Assembly (NCBI GenBank): GCA_963700245.1
Contig: CAVOWV010000017.1
Span: 64,236-128,235, forward strand
Length of the DNA: 64,000 nt
Origin: an uncultured Chloroflexia bacterium
GTDB lineage: Bacteria; Chloroflexota; Limnocylindria; Limnocylindrales; CSP1-4
Direction of reading: 5' to 3'
Position numbers and translations under genes: made by a program. Position 1 is the stretch's first letter. Each line of letters begins with the position of its first letter. Of the stretch, positions 56,913-64,000 are shown piece by piece. Below the pieces are notes generated by a model. It was not told the DNA's origin and did no database searches. It worked only from the letters and a program-made list of their open reading frames with translations.

Positions 56913-59900
56913 ATGGCGTCCCAAATCGCGAGCCCCGTGTTCGTCGGCCGCGGCGAGGAGCTGCAACGGCTCCAGGCCGTGCTGGAAGGTGCCGGGTCCG
57001 GGATTGTCGGCACGGTCATCGTCGGGGGCGAGGCCGGCGTCGGTAAGACCCGGCTGCTGGCGGAGCTGCGAGCGGGCGCTGAGTCCGCCGGACTTCGCTT
57101 CCTCGTGGGTGCGTGTGTTGATCTCGGAGACGGTGCGCGCCCGTATGACCCACTCGTCGCCGCCCTCCGTCCGTGGCTGAAGGGCCTGTCTGCCGAGGAG
57201 TTCAGCCGCATCGTCGGGCCCGCACGATCCGCCGTCCAGCAGCTGATCCCCGACCTCGAAACCGGCAGCGACGGCAAGACGGCTGTCGACACCGACATGT
57301 CCTCCACCCAGTCCACCCTCTATCTCCAGGTGCTCGGGCTCATCGAGCGCGTCGCCACGGACGCGGTCACCGTCATCGTGCTGGAGGACCTCCACTGGTC
57401 GGACCGGTCGACTCGCGACATGCTGCGGTTCCTGGTGCGGAACCTCACGCACGGTCGCGTGGTGCTGATCGGCACCTATCGAACTGACGAGCTGAACGAG
57501 CGCCATCCGTTCCTGACCTTGCTTGCCGAGCTGGGCCGCAGCGGTCAGGTGGAGCGCATCGAGCTCGACCCGTTCACGCGGAGCGAGGTCCACGACCAGC
57601 TCGCGGGGATCCTCGGCAGCCCTCCGGACAGGGCTCTCGTCACCCGCCTCCACGAGCGCGGCGGTGGCAACGCGTTCTTCATCGAGGAGCTGCTCGTCGT
57701 CGAGCAACGCGGAGAGCAGCGTCTGGGGCTCACGCTCAGGGAGACGCTGCTGGCTCGAATCGGCGGCCTCTCGACCGCATCGCGACACCTCCTGCGCGTG
57801 GTCGCCGTGGCCGGTCAATCCGCGAGACACGACGTCCTGGCGATCGTCACCCGCATGGAGCCCGCCGAGATGGCCCTGGCCCTGCGAGAAGCGATCGACC
57901 GGTCCCTGCTGGTGGCCGGCGTCGACGAGGTCATGCAGTTCCGCCACGGTCTCGTGCGCGAAGCGGTCTACGACGAGCTCCTGCCCGGTGAGCGGCTGGC
58001 GCTCCATGCCGCGGTAGCCGCGGCGGTCGAATCGATTCACGCCGACTCCGACGTCGATGCTGCGGTGGCCTCCGAGCTGGCGCATCACTGGTACGAGGCA
58101 CGCGACGCGCGCCAGGCGCTGCCGGCCCTGTTGCGAGCCGGGTGGGCGGCGGAGCGGATGTTCGCCTTCGGCAATGCGTTCGCGCACTACCACCTCGCCT
58201 TGAGCCTGTGGCCCACCTCCACCGAGACCATCGGCGAGCTCACGCGCCATGAGCTGACGATGCGAACAGCCGAGGCAGCCGCCCTTGCCGGGGCGTACCG
58301 CCCTGCCATTGAGCTGGTGCAGACAGCACTTGCCGCCGAGTCCGCCGACGAGCGGGGCCCGATGCGCACGGGAACGCTCCTCGAACGGCTCGCCGTCTAT
58401 CACCTCGGGTCGGGCAATCCCGACGCCGCCCAGCCGGTGGCCCTTCGAGCGCTCGAGCAACTGCCAGCCGACCCGCCGTCGGTCGCGCGCGCCCAGGTCC
58501 TCGGCGTCCTCGCGCAGGCGCTTGGCCTGAAGTGCCAGTTCAGCGAGTCGAACCGCATCGCCCAGGAGGCGCTGACAACCGCCCGGGCGGTCGGCTCGGC
58601 CGCCGCGGAGATTCGCGCCCTGCGCTGCATCGGGCGCAACGCCGCAGCGGTTGGTGAAGCCGGCTCAGGTGTCCGCACCCTGCGTGAGGCGCTGCGCCTG
58701 GCGCAGACCGTGGGCGATGTCACCGGGGCGGCCGAGATCTCCATCGAGCTCGCGCTGGCACTCCACTGGGCGGGGGACCTGGACGAGGCCTGTCACGCGG
58801 CCGAAGAAGCGATCGCCGAGAGCGGCCGGTGGGGAGTCGAGGGATACGGGAGCGCGCTGCGGGCGATCAGGGGTGTATCGGCTTTCCTCCTCGGGCGGTG
58901 GCCCGAGGCGGACGAGTGGATCTCGAGCGCCCTCGAGCGAGATCCTGTCGGCTCGCACGGCGTCCTGGCGCACGGCGCGCAGGCACTTCTCGACCTGGGA
59001 CGCGGCGAGTTGGACTCGGCCGCCGAACACCTCGAGATCGTGCTGTTGATGTGCAGGGCATTCACGGCAACCGCCTACGGATGGACCGACCTGTACTCGA
59101 GCATTGCCTTGCTTTCGATCGCGAGGGGACGGCCGTCCGAAGCCATCGACTCCGTGAGGGAGAGCCTGGAGCGCTCCGCCGAGCCGGAGCGCGACGTCCA
59201 CATGCGCGTGTGCCATCGCCTGGCCATCCGAGCTGCGGCAGACCTCGCCGAGGTGGCTCGTCCACTGGGCGATGCGGCTGGTCTGGACCAGGCGCTCGCG
59301 ATCGGACGCGAGTTCGACCAACGGCTCGATCATCATGCCCAGCTTGTCCGCGCGCTTCCTGGCGGGGGCGACCCGCACCTGGCCCTCGACACGGCACTCG
59401 CCAAGGCCGAGCTGAGCCGGCTCGAGAATCGCCCAAGTGCGGCCGCGTGGGCTGTCGCGGCGGCCGCTGCCGATGGGCTCCAGCATCCCCACGAGGCTGC
59501 CTACAGCAGAATTCCGCCAAGCCGAGGCCATCCTGCTCGCACGCGGGTCTCGAATGGCTGCGCAGTCCGCGGCGCAGGAGGCGCACCGGATCGCATCCGA
59601 CCTGGGAGCCGTCCCAGTCCAGCGGGAGATCGAACGGCTGGCCCTGCGGTCGCGACTCGACCTCGCGACCCAGCCGGCGGCGTCCGAACGAGCCTCGAGC
59701 GTTGCGCCTGTCGGCCGTGCTATCCCATTCCGGCTGACTCGGCGCGAACAGGACGTCCTCGAGCGCCTCACGATGGGGCGCACGAACCGGGAGATCGCCA
59801 CCGACCTGTTCATCAGCGAGAAGACGGCCAGCGTGCACGTCTCGAACATCAAGTCGAAACTGGGAGCGAACGGCCGCGCCGAGATCGCCGCGATCGCGGT

Positions 59901-59949
59901 GCGCCTTGGCCTCGTCCCCGAGACCACGGGTGGATACGAGCTGAAGTGA
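56913..59949 (+). CDS. Large ATP-binding LuxR-family regulator (LAL/MalT-like: P-loop NTPase + TPR-like region + LuxR HTH), one frame shift as assembled
   Basis: N-terminus FVGRGEELQRL...GGEAGVGKTRLL. The C-terminus, in ORF 59437..59949, is LTRREQDVLERLTMGRTNREIATDLFISEKTASVHVSNIKSKLG. The shift is near 59500. Confidence 0.8.
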
Positions 59950-60019
59950 CCGGTGGCCAGCGGCTAACGGCGCCAGTGGGTCGACCCGTACCCATCCGTG
60001 ACTGAACTCGGGGGAGAGC

Positions 60020-60577
60020 GTGACGAAGTACCTCATCCTGCTGCGCGGGATCAATGTCGGCGGCAGGAACAAGGTGCCGATGGCGCCGCTGCGCGAGCTC
60101 CTCGAAGAGCTCGGCTACTCGAACGTCTCAACGTACATCGCGAGCGGCAACGTCATCCTGCAGTCCCGCCGCGCACCGGACGTGATCAAGCGGCAGATCG
60201 AAACCGCCTTGCCTAAGCGGTTTCGCCTCGACAGCGAGCTGATCGCGGTGCGGGTGCTGACGCACGCAGAGCTTCGGGCCGTCGTCGACCACAGGCCCCA
60301 GGGCTTTGGCGAGCGACCTGGGACATACCACAGCGACGCGATCTTCCTGATCGGGATCGACGCGGCGACGGTGATGGGGGTGTTCGACCCGCACCCGGAG
60401 GTCGATCGGGTGTGGCCGGGGGACGGCGTGATCTACTCGCAGCGCCTCAGCGCGCAACGCATGCGGAGTCGGCTCAGCAAGGCCATCACGACTCCGCTCT
60501 ACAAGTCGATGACGATCCGGAGCTGGTCGACGACGCTCGCACTCCTCGAACGCATGGACGAACGAGAGGACCCGTGA
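60020..60577 (+). CDS. DUF1697 domain protein
   Basis: MTKYLILLRGINVGGRNKVPMAPLRELLEELGYSNVSTYIASGNVI; 185 aa. Confidence 0.8.
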   Translation: MTKYLILLRGINVGGRNKVPMAPLRELLEELGYSNVSTYIASGNVILQSRRAPDVIKRQIETALPKRFRLDSELIAVRVLTHAELRAVVDHRPQGFGERPGTYHSDAIFLIGIDAATVMGVFDPHPEVDRVWPGDGVIYSQRLSAQRMRSRLSKAITTPLYKSMTIRSWSTTLALLERMDEREDP

Positions 60578-60804
60578 GCCAGCCCATCGTGGACGTCATC
60601 ACGTCCCTCGACCACAGGTCGGTCTGCGAGAGCGCGCTCAAGCCGTAGCTGGTCGCGGTGCCTGCGTCAGTCCGGGAACGCCTCCGGGCCTTGTTCCGCG
60701 AGCTCGGCAGCATGACCATTTCCGCGCGCCGCCCGGGGATCATTGAACACCCCTGGTGAGGAACCACTCTGTAGTCTCGGACGGCGCACCCGATGAGCGC
60801 CAAG

Positions 60805-60926
60805 CGTCCAAGTCCTCCCGATCGATGGACCGGCGGGACCTGATGCGCTCGCCCCGCGCCCGACGCCTGTCGGGCGCGGATCGGGGGCGTCGACAGGCTG
60901 CCACCGACCGAGAAGGTGGCGTCTGC
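60805..60926. repeat. Scrambled remnant related to the 52.1/54.1 kb arm + tRNA-end repeats
   Basis: CGTCCAAGTCCT (60805-60816) is identical to 54095-54106. CCTGTCGGGCGCG+GATCGGG (60866-60885) and AAGGTGGCGTCTGC (60913-60926) match parts of the repeat, in permuted order. Confidence 0.4.
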
Positions 60927-60991
60927 GAGACATGGCAGGACCCCGCCGACGAGGGTGGCGGACCTTGACGCGTGGCGTTAGCCTCGTCGCC

Positions 60992-61969
60992 ATGCGTCCC
61001 GATCGCGTCACCATCGCGGCGTTCATCGGCTTCGTCCTGATTGCCGGGGCGGTCTCGGTGGCAATCCGCCTCGGCGCCTTCGAGCTGCCGTCGTTCTGGG
61101 CAGCGACCCTGCGCTACGCGATGGCGGTGCCCATCTTCGCTGCCTTGGCGATCGCCCTGCGCATCCCGTTCCCGCGCGGCGCGAACCTCGCCGGCGCCCT
61201 GCTGTTCAGTCTCACCTTTGTCGTGTCGACCGCGCTCCTCTACGTGGGCGTCAGCAGCTCCTCGGCGTCGATGGGCGCGATCGCGTTCGCGGTGACGCCA
61301 CTGGTGACGCTCGCGCTCGCCGCGGTGATCGGCCTCGAGCGGTTCACCGTCCGCGGGGTCGCGGGGGCCCTGGTCGCGGCCGCGGGAATGGTCGTCGTCG
61401 TGGGCGACCAGCTCGGCGCTGCGGTCCCGCTGCCCGCGCTGCTGGCACTGGGCGGCGCGATGTTCTTCTCGGCGGTTACCTCCGTGGTGATCAAGCGCCT
61501 GCCACCAGGCCACCCCTTCTCGGCAAACGCCGTGGGTGGCCTGTTCGTCCTGCCGATCCTGCTCGCACTCTCGTTCCTCGCCAACGAGACCTGGGCTCTG
61601 CCGAGCCGGCTCGAGACCTGGGCGGCCCTCGGGTTTCTCGTCGTGTTCGGGACCGTGCTCCTGTTCCCGCTGGCCCTGTTCATCATCGGGCGCTGGACGG
61701 CGTCGGGCTACTCCTACACGGGCCTCTTCAAGCCATTGGCGGGAGTTGCACTGGCAGCGGTCATCCTGAGCGAGCCGATCCGCGTCACCTTCGTGCTCGG
61801 CGGGGCGCTCGTCCTCGTCGGCGTCTGGGTGGGCGCGTTCACCACGCCATCGGTCCCCTCGCCGGCGTCAGACGTGATCGAACCCGAGCCACATCCAGCC
61901 CTCGTGCCGGTGATGGCCGACGACAAGGCGCGGGATCGGGCAGGCCCGGAACGCACTTCTCAGGTCTAG
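60992..61969 (+). CDS. EamA/DMT-family transporter
   Basis: About 10 TM helices in two EamA-like halves. Start chosen at MRPDRV. Confidence 0.75.
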   Translation: MRPDRVTIAAFIGFVLIAGAVSVAIRLGAFELPSFWAATLRYAMAVPIFAALAIALRIPFPRGANLAGALLFSLTFVVSTALLYVGVSSSSASMGAIAFAVTPLVTLALAAVIGLERFTVRGVAGALVAAAGMVVVVGDQLGAAVPLPALLALGGAMFFSAVTSVVIKRLPPGHPFSANAVGGLFVLPILLALSFLANETWALPSRLETWAALGFLVVFGTVLLFPLALFIIGRWTASGYSYTGLFKPLAGVALAAVILSEPIRVTFVLGGALVLVGVWVGAFTTPSVPSPASDVIEPEPHPALVPVMADDKARDRAGPERTSQV

Positions 61970-61978
61970 GCCCGCGCC

Positions 61979-64000
61979 CTACACGTCGGAGGTCGCGATC
62001 CAGCCTGCGATCTGGACGCGGGAATCGAACCCGAGCTTGTTCAGGATGTTGCCAACGTGGGTCGTGACCGTCCGCTCCGAGATGAACAGGCGCGCGCCGA
62101 TCTCCTTGTTGCCGAGACCCTCGGCGATCAGCCTCGCCACCTCCACCTCTCGCTTCGAGAGCGGTCCGGTATCGATGTGCTTGTCGGCGTCGCCAGCCTC
62201 GTCACGGTCGCCCAGCGCCAATCGCAGCGCTGTCTCCCGATGCAACCTCGTGCCCGCGGCGTACTCGGTCTCGAAGCTCGCTGCGCCCGTTGCCGTGAGT
62301 GCGGCCGTCCTCACGCGCGCCAGCTCCCGCCCGAACGGACCCGTCGGGCTGGCGCCAGCCGCAGAACCGAGGGCGTCCGCGGCCCCGAGCAACCGCGCCC
62401 CCAGGCGCGGCTGGCCGGATCTCGCCGCCTGCCCACCCAACTGGCACAGAAACGATGACTGTCCGAGCCGGTTGTCCGTCTGCCTCGCGACCCGCAGGCC
62501 CTCGATGAACCGGACCTTCGAGCCAGCCAGATCCCCGGCCGCCGTCGCGACGAGGCCGAGGTTCATGAGCATCCTCTCGAGGTAGTAGAGGTCGCCGACC
62601 TCACGGCTCATGCGAGCGCCTTCCGACGACGCGGTCTCGGCGGTGGCGAGGTCTCCCTCGGCTAGTGCGTGGATGGCCCGTGCCTGTAGCAACCCCATCG
62701 AAGCCGGGTAGTGGTCAAGGCCCGGCGTGATGATCGCGGCTTCGTCGAGGAGTCGCTGGGCCGTTGCCCGATCTCCTGCCATGTACGCCGCCGTCGAGGC
62801 GAGGGACAGCGATTCTGACAACTGCGGGAGTTGCCCCGCGATGCGGGCGGTGCTGATCGCCCGAGCAAGCCAGGGCCTTGCCGCCTCAGGATCGCCCTTC
62901 AGGACGCTGAGCCATCCCCGGAAGTAGTACGCCCGCGCCGGAACCTCAGGACATCCCTCGGCGGCCGCGAGGAGGTCATCGAACCAGCGGATGCTCTCAG
63001 TGGTCCCACGCGTGACCCAGTAGTAGCCAACAGACGTGGCGAGCTCGAGACCGCGCCGCCAGTCCGAGGCCGCCAGGCACTTCTGGAGTGCCGATCGGAC
63101 GTTGTCGATCTCGAGGTCAAGCCATTCGAGCCACGCGAGTGTTCGATTGGGCCCCGGCGCCCGAGTGCGCAGGGCGACCTGGATGTCGCGAAGCAGGACC
63201 GCCCGGCGATCGCGTGTCTGCGCTCGGTAGTACTCGACGAAGATATCGTCGAGCCACTCCGCCTCGCCCGCCTCCTGCAGCTTGAGGCCCGCGTACTCGC
63301 GCATCGTCTCGTGCAAGCGGTAGCAGGCGACGCCAAACGCGTCCTCTCGCATGACCAACGACTTGTCGACCAGCGCGGCCAGCAAGTCCAACGCAGGATC
63401 ACCGGACCCCCGGCCGTGCGCAACGACGGACTCGACGTCGTCCACCGTGAACCGGCCGGCGAAGACGCACAGGCGGCGCAACAGCTCTTGCTCCTGCGCC
63501 GCCAGCAGGTCATGGCTCCAGTCGATGGTCGTCCGCAGCGTCTGCTGCCGGGGCAGCGCGGCGCGGCCTCCTCCCGTCAGGAGGGCGAACCGGTCCGTCA
63601 GGCGATCGAGGATCTGCTCGACGGTGAGCACGCGCATCCTCACGGCGGCAAGCTCGATCGCGAGCGGGAGACCATCGAGCCGTCGACACAGCGCGACGAC
63701 GGCTGATCGGTTTGACGCCGTCAGCTCGAACGACCCAGACGTCGACGCGGCTCGCTCCGTGAACAACATGACGGCTTCGTTCTGGAGGAGCCTCGACATC
63801 GGTTGCTCGTCGCCCGCGGCCGGAAGCTCCAGCGGCGGCACGGGGACGACGCGCTCGCCCGGAAGCTGCAGGGGCTCGCGGCTCGTCGCGATCACGCGGA
63901 CGTTGGGCGCGGCACGGAGGACGTCCGCCACCAGGGCGGCAGACGCGTCGAGCAGGTGCTCACAGTTGTCGAGGACGAGCAGCAGCTCGCGGTCCCGCAG
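61979..64000 (-). CDS. Large LuxR-family regulator (NB-ARC/P-loop-like + TPR + LuxR HTH); 5' end beyond the window
   Basis: The C-terminus is LSKREVEVARLIAEGLGNKEIGARLFISERTVTTHVGNILNKLG. The frame stays open to base 64000 (...RELLLVLDNCEHLLDA...). Confidence 0.8.
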   Translation of the reverse strand: MRDRELLLVLDNCEHLLDASAALVADVLRAAPNVRVIATSREPLQLPGERVVPVPPLELPAAGDEQPMSRLLQNEAVMLFTERAASTSGSFELTASNRSAVVALCRRLDGLPLAIELAAVRMRVLTVEQILDRLTDRFALLTGGGRAALPRQQTLRTTIDWSHDLLAAQEQELLRRLCVFAGRFTVDDVESVVAHGRGSGDPALDLLAALVDKSLVMREDAFGVACYRLHETMREYAGLKLQEAGEAEWLDDIFVEYYRAQTRDRRAVLLRDIQVALRTRAPGPNRTLAWLEWLDLEIDNVRSALQKCLAASDWRRGLELATSVGYYWVTRGTTESIRWFDDLLAAAEGCPEVPARAYYFRGWLSVLKGDPEAARPWLARAISTARIAGQLPQLSESLSLASTAAYMAGDRATAQRLLDEAAIITPGLDHYPASMGLLQARAIHALAEGDLATAETASSEGARMSREVGDLYYLERMLMNLGLVATAAGDLAGSKVRFIEGLRVARQTDNRLGQSSFLCQLGGQAARSGQPRLGARLLGAADALGSAAGASPTGPFGRELARVRTAALTATGAASFETEYAAGTRLHRETALRLALGDRDEAGDADKHIDTGPLSKREVEVARLIAEGLGNKEIGARLFISERTVTTHVGNILNKLGFDSRVQIAGWIATSDV

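Overview
This is a very GC-rich bacterial chromosomal window; third codon positions are almost all G/C. The minus strand from about 1 to 24.4 kb carries a housekeeping block. Its order is DUF1385, prfA, prmC, a Cof-type HAD hydrolase, tsaC, glyA, wecA-like, two surface-repeat protein genes, then atpI-like and atpBEFHAGDC, murA, mreB, a PHP phosphoesterase and a flippase-like membrane protein. The prfA-prmC-tsaC-wecA-atp-murA order and a mycothiol-type PIG-L deacetylase at 33.6 kb suggest an Actinomycetota-like organism. That assignment is an inference, not a search result. The middle of the window (24.5-50 kb) carries several accessory or metabolic units. They are an Rrf2 regulator / NnrS-like membrane protein / cupredoxin-fused NirK nitrite reductase module, a CoA-transferase operon, CcdA with a thioredoxin-like lipoprotein, CapA, tRNA-Asp, an AI-2E / SPFH / AI-2E operon, threonine aldolase, DUF885, a HisA-like protein with two cyclophilins, and a molybdate operon (regulator-modA-modB, no modC). 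The region downstream of tRNA-Arg(CCG) (50.15 kb onward) looks accessory. Two roughly 1.95 kb cassettes are each closed by a copy of the tRNA 3' end, and each carries a conserved small ORF plus one cargo gene (Fic; AAA/DUF4143 ATPase). No recombinase is visible. After the cassettes come a PIN/RHH toxin-antitoxin pair, a PD40 beta-propeller protein, a DsrE/TusA pair, two large LuxR-type regulators, DUF1697 and an EamA transporter. Other structures not explained by genes are a roughly 285-nt imperfect palindrome between atpD and atpC, a 338-nt structured non-coding gap between ppiB and modB, and several families of 15-20 nt tandem repeats in intergenic regions. Caveat: at least 11 genes, including the essential prfA, glyA and atpB, are not translatable in one frame as assembled. 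Uncorrected indels are the likeliest explanation, so the coordinates given for those genes span the reconstructed reading frames.
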